IMG/VR virus record: IMGVR_UViG_3300032608_000076
Coordinates: 1-24,726 of that record
Strand: one strand, 5' to 3'
Length of the DNA stretch: 24,726 bases
Origin: a virus
Taxonomy: Duplodnaviria > Caudoviricetes
Positions within the stretch are counted from its first letter, which is position 1, and the number at the start of each line of letters is the position of its first letter. Below, piece after piece: positions 17,689-24,726 of the stretch. Both the position numbers and the translations under genes were made by a program. The notes under the pieces were generated by a model, which did no database searches, was not told the DNA's origin, and saw only the letters and a program-made list of their open reading frames with translations.

Positions 17689-19344
17689 CTACGCGCCTAA
17701 CTCAAAGTTGTCAAATTGCACCGCGTTGTAGGTGCCGAACATGCCGTGATACACATTGTTTATAATGCCTGCGTCGGAGATAGTCACATCGCCGCCGATT
17801 TGCGCACCGTTGTAGAAGAATTGATACGTGTCGGTCGCCTTGACTATTTTGACCGCTTGCCCCGCGCTATAGGTGATGGTTTCATTCAGCACGTAGGTCG
17901 TATCAGGCACGCCGCCCACAACCTTAATTGCGTACAGTTTGTTCGGCGGGTTCACCATGACAACCACGTAGTTTTGCGGATTGGACACGGAGTCAAGCGA
18001 AACGACTAGCCCGCCCCACACGCCCTGGTCCGGCAAGGTGACTTCGATCTGCGCCGTCACGTCCACTGGCCCCTCAACGACAGCGAACAAGTCAGCCGTC
18101 ATGATGCGCTTTAGCGAGAGGTCGTCAATGATGACCGTATCTCCTACGCCCGACAATGTGTTTCGGGCATAGGTGGACATGCTGAGCGCTGACATGCAAA
18201 GCGCCTGGGTTGCCAAATTATCGTAGCTGGCGTCGGTTATTTTCACGCCGCACAATAGCCAATTAGTAGACGCCAACTCAAACGCGATCCCGTTGTTGGC
18301 TATCACCGTGCGCTTGGCCCATACCTCGGCGTGGAACCACTCGCCCACTGCTGCATCGGCGGTCGCCATCAGCATACGCAAGGATTGCGCATACGCGCCC
18401 GCTTGCCACTGCTGCGCCTTGCTACCCCCATGCACATCGGCGGACTGAACCCCGGTCCCGGCGGTAGCTGCCCACGAGTCACAGAAGCCACCCGTGTAAT
18501 TTCCCTCAAGCCCGCCGTCAGCAAATTCTTCCGACCCCAGCGTAGGCGTATTCGTGACCGTGTTAGACCCAATTTGCCACGAGGCGTTAGAGGTCCAATC
18601 GTCACCCAGTGCGCCATCAGCGCGGGTAAAGGCGTCCTGAAACACGTAGTTACGAACTAGTTCATTAGACGCCGTATTTGTGCGCCCGCTTTCATCCTGG
18701 CACACACCCGCCGGGATTTGTGTCGTCACGTCGCCAACTGCCGTAGGCGTCACGGTAAACGTGTACGTTGTGCCACTACCCGACAGTGCCGAGGCCGTGC
18801 CGTTAGTGACGGTTATCTCGCCAACCGACAACCCCGTGACCGCATTCGAGAACGTAGCGGTGACTTCAAACGCCGCGTATACCGTCGCCCCGTCACTGTT
18901 CGATAGAACCACCGAGGGAGGCGACGGTTGCCATGCTGTCGTGTCATCACCGCGCCGTAGCACCGTGCGCCACATCACACGCCCACCAATGCGCTCCGGC
19001 GTGCTATCGCTCTCAATGCGATACGTCACGTCGCGCCACACAAGTTCGTCTTGTATTCCCAGCGCCGTCATGGTCGTAATCATGGCGTCGCCAGCAACCT
19101 CTTGACCGGCGGGCATCTGCGTTTCACGGAACCGCGATTCGCCCATCTGCGGCGCGGCTAACAGCCCCGTGATGGCCTGCTCACGGTAGTAGCGTGTTGT
19201 GCCGCCGCCCGCGTAGTAGGCGCTGCCGGTATCAGAACCAGCGCTGATATATTCTCGCCACACAACCGGCTCACCGGCGTGGCGCATCAGGTCGCCTACT
19301 ACCTGCCTCTGGATACGCGCCTTATTCGGACCCCGGTAGCTCAT
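17689..19344 (-). CDS. Head-closure-like protein fused to Ig-like and lectin/CBM-like domains
   Basis: N-terminal ~130 aa GEPVVWR...DELVWRDVTYRI...VLRRG (SPP1 gp16/lambda FII class, expected position). Then Ig-like TFSNAVTGL...YTFTVTP...IPAG...D..G..N.AS and jelly-roll domains. Start re-assigned to ATG 19344. Confidence 0.75.
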   Translation of the reverse strand: MSYRGPNKARIQRQVVGDLMRHAGEPVVWREYISAGSDTGSAYYAGGGTTRYYREQAITGLLAAPQMGESRFRETQMPAGQEVAGDAMITTMTALGIQDELVWRDVTYRIESDSTPERIGGRVMWRTVLRRGDDTTAWQPSPPSVVLSNSDGATVYAAFEVTATFSNAVTGLSVGEITVTNGTASALSGSGTTYTFTVTPTAVGDVTTQIPAGVCQDESGRTNTASNELVRNYVFQDAFTRADGALGDDWTSNASWQIGSNTVTNTPTLGSEEFADGGLEGNYTGGFCDSWAATAGTGVQSADVHGGSKAQQWQAGAYAQSLRMLMATADAAVGEWFHAEVWAKRTVIANNGIAFELASTNWLLCGVKITDASYDNLATQALCMSALSMSTYARNTLSGVGDTVIIDDLSLKRIMTADLFAVVEGPVDVTAQIEVTLPDQGVWGGLVVSLDSVSNPQNYVVVMVNPPNKLYAIKVVGGVPDTTYVLNETITYSAGQAVKIVKATDTYQFFYNGAQIGGDVTISDAGIINNVYHGMFGTYNAVQFDNFELGA

Positions 19345-19639
19345 GTGTGAGCACCTCGTCACGGTGGGATATTAGCCATTCGAGTAGGCAGTCAAGACAC
19401 ACTAGTGTGCTATTGTAGCCCCCCTCGTTTCTGGCCCATATAGCGCGCGGCAATACGCCGTCCCGAACATGACGGCATAGATTCTTGGGCTTATATGTAT
19501 CTTTATCCCAGTTGTTATTGACCACGATTACCACTGGCATTTCCTCATTAAACTCAGGAACAGTGGTGAGAACATCGCGCATCGTTGGGCGAACTTTTGG
19601 CTCAATACGCACAATCGCGGATTTCGGCTTATTACACAT
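19322..19639 (-). CDS. Small hypothetical protein with Cys motifs
   Basis: 105 aa; ARNEGGYNSTLVCLDC; preceded by an AT-richer spacer with GAAAG RBS. Confidence 0.7.
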   Translation of the reverse strand: MCNKPKSAIVRIEPKVRPTMRDVLTTVPEFNEEMPVVIVVNNNWDKDTYKPKNLCRHVRDGVLPRAIWARNEGGYNSTLVCLDCLLEWLISHRDEVLTHELPGSE

Positions 19640-19711
19640 TGCAGTCGCTTTCTACTCTACTGGAATTTATTCCCACTCGTTTTGTACCATGCGATAAGAA
19701 TCACTCACAGC

Positions 19712-20233
19712 TTACCCCCACCGTGCCTGACCAAGCGCCCACGATTCGTAGCCGCCGTCATCGGTTTGGAGGCTCTCTATTTCAGCCGTCAGTTGACCAT
19801 ACATCGCGCGCAACTGCTCCATTGCCTTTGTGTCATCGTACTTTGTGCCATCGGGCGCGGCCCAGTTTGCACGCTTGAGACTATCAAACATGAGCGTTTG
19901 CACGGCTTCCAGTGACGCGCCGTTGATACTGCCGCCCACTGCGGTAAAGTGCCCAATCTCGTCATCGCTAAACACGGAGTACACATAGCGCGTCCGATAC
20001 CCGCTGTTCGCGCTGCCAACGGCGGAGAACGTCACGTAGCCGGACGCATTAAACGTTACACCCGTTGCGCTCCATTGCTCATTGCCATCGTACACAAACG
20101 CGGACGCGCTGGTCAGGTTCCGATGTGGCAGATTAAACGCTGACGTTTTACCGTCGAACGTATATTGATTGTCTGCCACCACCGGCTGGTCCTGAATACG
20201 CAAACGCACTTGTTGCGCCGTTGTCAACGTCAT
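19712..20233 (-). CDS. Head-tail adaptor (SPP1 gp15/HK97 gp6 class) with beta insertion
   Basis: QVRLRIQD ... VFSDDEI ... ASLEAVQTL helical adaptor motifs split by a ~65 aa beta-rich insert. Confidence 0.75.
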   Translation of the reverse strand: MTLTTAQQVRLRIQDQPVVADNQYTFDGKTSAFNLPHRNLTSASAFVYDGNEQWSATGVTFNASGYVTFSAVGSANSGYRTRYVYSVFSDDEIGHFTAVGGSINGASLEAVQTLMFDSLKRANWAAPDGTKYDDTKAMEQLRAMYGQLTAEIESLQTDDGGYESWALGQARWG

Positions 20234-20560
20234 TTACTGAATACCCCCGGCGTAATGTACCCACACGATGCCCGTCTTGCTGGCCCCGCTGAATACACTG
20301 GTCAAGTTTGCCCGTACATACGGGAAATACCCGGCAATCTGCGCCGTTCCGGTCTGGGTGGCGGTGGCGGTGTACGTGCCGATAACCATCCAGGCTGTCA
20401 GGTCGTGCGCGCCCTCAAGGTTGAATATCCCCGATTCCGCGCTGGCCTTATAGAATAGATAGCCATAGTTGTAGCAAGCCCGCGTATCAAGTGCGCTGCC
20501 AGTCTGCGCAGCGCTAAGCCCGCTAATTGAGTAGCCGGTTCGTTCTACATGTACCGTCAT
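20234..20560 (-). CDS. Small beta-sandwich protein, probably virion structural
   Basis: 108 aa, Gly/Ala/Ser/Thr-rich, LEG..D...W and PYVRA strands; located in the head module. Confidence 0.65.
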   Translation of the reverse strand: MTVHVERTGYSISGLSAAQTGSALDTRACYNYGYLFYKASAESGIFNLEGAHDLTAWMVIGTYTATATQTGTAQIAGYFPYVRANLTSVFSGASKTGIVWVHYAGGIQ

Positions 20561-20563
20561 GGC

Positions 20564-21115
20564 TTACTCCTCCTGAGCGGGTTCCCCCTCGGCGTTGGTT
20601 TCCGCCGGGGCTTCTTGCCCTTCTGTGTCCTGAGTTTGGGTCTTGCGGCGGCGGCGTTTCGGGGCCAGCTTCTTTTCGGCTTCCGGTTCGTCCGCTTCTT
20701 CTTCGGTGGCCGCGTTCTCATCCTCAGTAACAGAAACCTGCGCTTTAAGCGCCGCGTTTTCTTGCAAGACAGCCGCAAGCTGTTCCTCAAGTTTCGCCAG
20801 CCGCTCGTCTAGTTGCCCCTGCTGCGCTTCGGCTTTTTCGGCGCGCTCGGCTTGCTTTTCGGCCTCAACAATCCGGCCCCAAATCTGTCCCGTAGGATAG
20901 GAGCGACTTTTTACCCAGTCCTCAAGTTTTACCGCGCCGGTAGACTTTACCATCGCGTAAAATTCCTGGTATACGCCCGCCATCTCATTGAGGGGGGTAA
21001 TGTTCTGGCCGTCACACGCTGCCAGCGCCTCATCGATCACGCCTTCGATATGATCTACAACCTTCTGGCCTTCTGGCGTCAACTGCCCATACTGTACAAA
21101 ATCCGGCATACTCAT
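20564..21115 (-). CDS. Coiled-coil protein with charged low-complexity tail
   Basis: Start re-assigned to ATG 21115 (AAGGGG RBS); heptad region LDERLAKLEEQLAAVLQENAALKAQV; acidic tail with KRRRRK. Confidence 0.75.
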   Translation of the reverse strand: MSMPDFVQYGQLTPEGQKVVDHIEGVIDEALAACDGQNITPLNEMAGVYQEFYAMVKSTGAVKLEDWVKSRSYPTGQIWGRIVEAEKQAERAEKAEAQQGQLDERLAKLEEQLAAVLQENAALKAQVSVTEDENAATEEEADEPEAEKKLAPKRRRRKTQTQDTEGQEAPAETNAEGEPAQEE

Positions 21116-21135
21116 TGCGTTTGTCCCCTTATGGT

Positions 21136-21157
21136 GGGGGAGAGTTGCCCCTCCCCC
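21136..21157. terminator. Stable hairpin after the capsid gene
   Basis: Minus strand GGGGGAGGG-GCAA-CTCTCCCCC (GNRA loop). The T-run follows only on the plus strand (GCTTTT), so its role as terminator versus mRNA stabiliser is uncertain. Confidence 0.6.
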
Positions 21158-21177
21158 GCTTTTCACTTGTTGAACGA

Positions 21178-22263
21178 TTAGCTCACGGTCGGAGCGGTCG
21201 TGCTGTCGCTGTAGTACCACGCACGGTCATCTACGAAGCCCAGGCCGAAGTGCCCCTGGATAACGTATCTGATAGCGTTATTGACCAACCACGCCTCGGA
21301 AGTGCCGTTCATGTTATCCTGCAAGATTTGCCAGGGTAAAACCTGCTGCCACACAAACGAATAGGCGTTGGTATCCACGAGCGCCCATTGGTAAGAGGTG
21401 CCAAACCAGGGCGAGACGATGATACGCTTAAGCATACCCATCTGCATGTACGGGTTTGTCGTACCCATGCCACGCACACCGGCTGAAGTCGTAACCATCA
21501 GGTAATCCGACAGCAACATCTGCTTAACCGGGAATTCCATCTTGGGCGTAGTAATCAGCGTGTCCGCATTGTAGCCAAGATACTGCCCCGATACCCGGTC
21601 CTTGCTGGTGCTGATGGTCGTAAACGCCGTGTCTAACCCCAGCGCGTTAAACGTCGTGGTGCCAGTGTTCGAACCCACGTCGTTATCGCCGGTGGTAGAG
21701 TTCCGCGTATAGTTGCCGGTGGTAGTAACCACGTCATAGAACGTCGCTTCCTCAGTGGCGACCGCTGCGCGGCCCATCTCGAAAGCGATCTGGCGGACTT
21801 TCCCGATACGGTCGAACTTGATATCGTCGCCCGTAACCTGCCGCCCGATACGGCGCAGATAGTTGGTGATTTTAGTGCCACCCTCGAAGCCGCCGACCGC
21901 GAAGTCAACAGGCTCACCAGACGGCTTGATCGGAATGACGCCCATCGCGCCGTCACGCAGATATTCTTCCTCTGGCTTGTCGCTCGATTCAACCCGTGCG
22001 ATCTGGTCCCAAGTCTTGGGAATGCCCCGCATAGTGCTGAACGCCAGGAAACGAATGCCGTCACGCAGAATGCTCGCTGCGTCCGGCTTCAACACCAACG
22101 CCTCATGCAAGCGCATCGGGTAACGGCTGCCCTCACGTTCGAGCAGATTGGTGATCGGGTCGTAGTTTTCCAGAACTGGCATCTCGCGTTGCTGCGGGCG
22201 AAAGCCTGCGATCTGGTCATTGACGCCGCGCTGAACTTCGTAGACCTTAGCTTGCTGTGTCAT
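21178..22263 (-). CDS. Major capsid protein (HK97 fold, Mu gpT-like)
   Basis: 361 aa after protease and decoration genes. Motifs VTGDDIKFDRIG, MGRAAVATEE, DTLITTPKME, IIVSPW, HFGLGFVDDRAWY; GGGAG RBS. Confidence 0.9.
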   Translation of the reverse strand: MTQQAKVYEVQRGVNDQIAGFRPQQREMPVLENYDPITNLLEREGSRYPMRLHEALVLKPDAASILRDGIRFLAFSTMRGIPKTWDQIARVESSDKPEEEYLRDGAMGVIPIKPSGEPVDFAVGGFEGGTKITNYLRRIGRQVTGDDIKFDRIGKVRQIAFEMGRAAVATEEATFYDVVTTTGNYTRNSTTGDNDVGSNTGTTTFNALGLDTAFTTISTSKDRVSGQYLGYNADTLITTPKMEFPVKQMLLSDYLMVTTSAGVRGMGTTNPYMQMGMLKRIIVSPWFGTSYQWALVDTNAYSFVWQQVLPWQILQDNMNGTSEAWLVNNAIRYVIQGHFGLGFVDDRAWYYSDSTTAPTVS

Positions 22264-22275
22264 TTTTCGCTCTCC

Positions 22276-22818
22276 CTAGTAGTAGTCCGGGCGAGCAGGC
22301 ATCAGCAGGATATCAAGCTCTGCCGAATTGCCACCCACAGCCGTAAAGCCAACGATAGTCGCGTGACCAGTGGCAAAGGCGATTTCTGCCGCCGTGCCTG
22401 CCTGGTTCGCGGTGTTGATACCAACCTTCGCGGCCTGCTGCCAATACGCAGCTACGCCCGACAACCCAGTCGGGGCGGCCACACCAGAGCCAGTCGCGCT
22501 TGCCCACACGGGCATACCCAACGTCCACGCCGCAGCACCCGACGCCGCCGACACATGATAGATACCGCCACGCCCGTATTTCAGGGCCGACGCGGTAACA
22601 ATGTTGCCGAACGAGTCGTACTGGGGATTGGACTCCAACGCGATACCCGCGCCGGATGCTTTGTTGGCGGGCGTATAGCCGGAGCCTGCCAACACGAAGC
22701 TACCAGAATAGATCAGCCAGTCATTGACGTTAATAACGCCCGTACCACTGGCTGCGCCGAACTCCCAGACGGGATTCTTCGGCGTATCGTAAATAGCGGT
22801 CTTTCCTGCTACTGCCAT
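22276..22818 (-). CDS. Capsid decoration/cement protein (putative)
   Basis: 180 aa Gly/Ala/Ser-rich protein between protease and capsid genes; GIALES and GMPVWASATG motifs. Confidence 0.7.
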   Translation of the reverse strand: MAVAGKTAIYDTPKNPVWEFGAASGTGVINVNDWLIYSGSFVLAGSGYTPANKASGAGIALESNPQYDSFGNIVTASALKYGRGGIYHVSAASGAAAWTLGMPVWASATGSGVAAPTGLSGVAAYWQQAAKVGINTANQAGTAAEIAFATGHATIVGFTAVGGNSAELDILLMPARPDYY

Positions 22819-22828
22819 GCTCTCACTG

Positions 22829-24208
22829 TCACTTTCCCTGAGCCGCTAGGCGTTCCATGCGGCGGTTCCAATCGGCATAGTCCTCATCAGGACGCGGTAT
22901 CATGTCGCGCGGTTGCGGCTGCGGCGGGCGAATTTCTTGCTCACGTAATGGAGCGCCCTCTACATGCACGCGCGGCGCGGCCTTTACCGCTTTTGCTTTG
23001 CGCTGGTCCCGCTGCACAACTTTTAGCCATTGCTCAGGAGGTAGTTGCTTACATTGCTCACGAATGTCGCTTGCCCAGTCTGCGGGCAAACGCGCCTCGG
23101 CCAACACGCGCTCCAGTTCCACTTCCAGCGCCGTCCGCTGTAAGCTCTCCTGTAGCGCCGTGACTTCTTCGGCTAGTTCTACATTGCGCGACTCTGTTGC
23201 ATCTACCTTGCCCTGCAACGTTTCGTTATCAGTCTGGGACTTACGCCAGCCTTGCATGGCCTTATCCCGGTCTGTCCGCGCTTCCTGCAAGTCATCGGGG
23301 GATACGTCAAGCGTGCCCCGGTACTCATCTAGTAAATCCTGCCGGGCGTTGGTAATCTCATCTAGCGTCAACGCTTCCAGGATATCGCCCACCAGAGTAT
23401 GCGCTGTCCCGGCCACCAATGCCTGGAAACCGCCACCGGCGGCGGGCATGTCTACATCGTCCGCGCTGTTAGCGTGGGTAATGTCTTCAATAATCAAGCC
23501 CTCACGCCCAGCAGCCTTGCCCTTAGACGCTTTGCCAACGGCATTAATGCTGATGCCCACGACAGGGCGTTTTGTTTCCAACGCCCGCGTAATAAGCGGC
23601 CAGACCGCATCCCCAGCAACTCCGTATACATGCCGAGTTGCCAGAATTTCGCCGCCGGAGCCTACGCGCACGCCGGTGTAATCGCCCGTAATATCGCGCA
23701 CGTCCCGACCATCGCCACTCTTGAGTTGTTCCATTGTCGGATGGTTGGCGTATGCCTTAACGCCCTCAAACAACCCCGCCGCTTTTTGTAGCACTTCGGG
23801 GCTATAATATCGGCCATTCTTTGACCAACCGGGCCGAATGATTACCACGTCCACCTTGCGCGCGTCAACGTCTAGCGTGTTTTCCAGCAACTCTACGCCC
23901 TCAACGAGCATTGTTGTTTGTGGCGGCAACGCGGGCGGCGCGGATTCTCCGTACTCCCCCGCTTGTTCGCCTTCATCCGGGCTGTTTTCATCCGGCAGTG
24001 GCGGCGCTTCTGGATTCGCGTCCCATCGCTGGCAAAACCCGCCTGCCTCAATGGTCAACGGTTCATTGACCACCAAACGGCACGGCATCTCACCTTCACC
24101 ATTCCACCAACGACAGCGCCCGCATACAAGGTTGTTTTCTGGCGCTTGTGCCTGATACCCTGCGTCGGCTTGCTGTAGCATTACGGCCTCTGCGATTGTC
24201 GGGTCCAT
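22829..24208 (-). CDS. Prohead protease-scaffold fusion with N-terminal HiPIP-like 4-Cys domain
   Basis: Protease core IIRPGWSKNGRYYS, ANHP, GISINAVG, SADDVDMPAAGGG; C-terminal coiled coil; N-terminal C-x2-C-x10-C-x15-C. Confidence 0.88.
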   Translation of the reverse strand: MDPTIAEAVMLQQADAGYQAQAPENNLVCGRCRWWNGEGEMPCRLVVNEPLTIEAGGFCQRWDANPEAPPLPDENSPDEGEQAGEYGESAPPALPPQTTMLVEGVELLENTLDVDARKVDVVIIRPGWSKNGRYYSPEVLQKAAGLFEGVKAYANHPTMEQLKSGDGRDVRDITGDYTGVRVGSGGEILATRHVYGVAGDAVWPLITRALETKRPVVGISINAVGKASKGKAAGREGLIIEDITHANSADDVDMPAAGGGFQALVAGTAHTLVGDILEALTLDEITNARQDLLDEYRGTLDVSPDDLQEARTDRDKAMQGWRKSQTDNETLQGKVDATESRNVELAEEVTALQESLQRTALEVELERVLAEARLPADWASDIREQCKQLPPEQWLKVVQRDQRKAKAVKAAPRVHVEGAPLREQEIRPPQPQPRDMIPRPDEDYADWNRRMERLAAQGK

Positions 24209-24247
24209 AGTTTTTCGCTTTCGCGCCGCAACCGCGCCGCATGGTTG

Positions 24248-24724
24248 TTAATCTTCATACCATTCCAGGGTAACGCTAGCAGCTTTGGTGCCGCCTGCTT
24301 TGTTCACAAATCGTATAAGGTAGTTCTGATTAGCGCTGAATATCCACTCCGACCGGCTTTGTGCTGCCCCGCCAGGCGACTTGGGACCACCACCGCCAGC
24401 CAATAATTGACCGGGAACAATAGCCGTACCTGTCGCGCTAATCCCCTCAGGCCCATGAAACACCTGAGCGCTGGCTGCGATAGGGGCCTGACGGTTCTGG
24501 CAAAACGCCGTGACCGCCGTCCCGCTGGCACCTGTGACCACTGTGCCCTCGTAAATGTAGGCGAAAAAGTCCCCGCCCACTGAGGCTTGCGGCACCATGT
24601 GGCATTCATAGCCCGACGTTGAGACCAACACCTGAGCAGTTGCGTCGTCAGCAATGGCCGCCCAAAGATGGGCCGCATGATACGACCGCCCCTTGTGTAT
24701 CTCGCGGTGGGCGTGGTCAATGAC
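24248..24724 (-). CDS. Hypothetical phage protein (partial, begins beyond right edge)
   Basis: The frame stays open upstream of the track start to the window edge (VIDHAHREIHKGRSYHAAHLW...). C-terminus EWIF...NYLIRFVN...WYED is beta-rich. Confidence 0.75.
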   Translation of the reverse strand, partial: VIDHAHREIHKGRSYHAAHLWAAIADDATAQVLVSTSGYECHMVPQASVGGDFFAYIYEGTVVTGASGTAVTAFCQNRQAPIAASAQVFHGPEGISATGTAIVPGQLLAGGGGPKSPGGAAQSRSEWIFSANQNYLIRFVNKAGGTKAASVTLEWYED

Positions 24725-24726
24725 GC

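Larger units (their letters stand above)
1..24726 (-). mobile_element. Tailed phage/prophage head-neck-tail morphogenesis operon (siphovirus-like)
   Basis: Continuous minus-strand ORFs with abutting or overlapping stop/start codons in canonical order: protease, capsid, adaptor, closure, neck, terminator, tube, chaperone, tape measure, hub. No host genes or integrase in the window, so free phage versus prophage cannot be decided. Confidence 0.95.

Noticed and set aside
19640-19711. Possible moron promoter (TGGTACAAA) ahead of the 105 aa gene
   Set aside because: Only a partial extended -10 match, so it cannot be supported from sequence alone.
12918-21220. Longest-ORF starts in the track (13898, 15603, 19362, 21220; also 2993 and 12581)
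   Set aside because: They extend into upstream genes; downstream ATGs with RBS or stop/start coupling fit the domain boundaries better.
22105-23681. Long plus-strand ORFs (352 aa, 259 aa) and other plus-strand ORFs across the window
   Set aside because: They are antisense shadows of well-supported minus-strand genes in GC-rich DNA, with Ser/Arg-rich implausible composition and no motifs.

Overview
The whole window is one minus-strand, tightly coupled morphogenesis operon of a tailed phage or prophage. It is siphovirus-like, with no sheath gene seen. Reading from right to left: a partial hypothetical gene, prohead protease/scaffold with an N-terminal HiPIP-like 4-Cys domain, probable capsid decoration protein, major capsid protein, small head genes, head-tail adaptor, and a head-closure protein fused to Ig-like and lectin/CBM-like domains. 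A ~6.2 kb insert follows with three glycosyltransferases (GT4, GT2, CgeB-like), a SAM methyltransferase and small unknown genes. The operon continues with an HK97 gp10-like neck gene, tail terminator, two paralogous tail-tube-like genes, a tail chaperone pair with a probable +1 frameshift, tape measure, a tail hub with inserted LamG-like domain and a small tail-tip protein. It ends with membrane/secreted genes and a Pro/Thr-linker lipoprotein that runs off the left edge and is absent from the supplied ORF track. The best candidate for a new system is a virion glycosylation/methylation cassette wired into the neck module, accompanied by recurring (A)SG/SA motifs in the structural proteins. The lipoprotein style hints at a Chloroflexota-like host (inference only). 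All product calls come from motif recognition and gene order, not from database searches.
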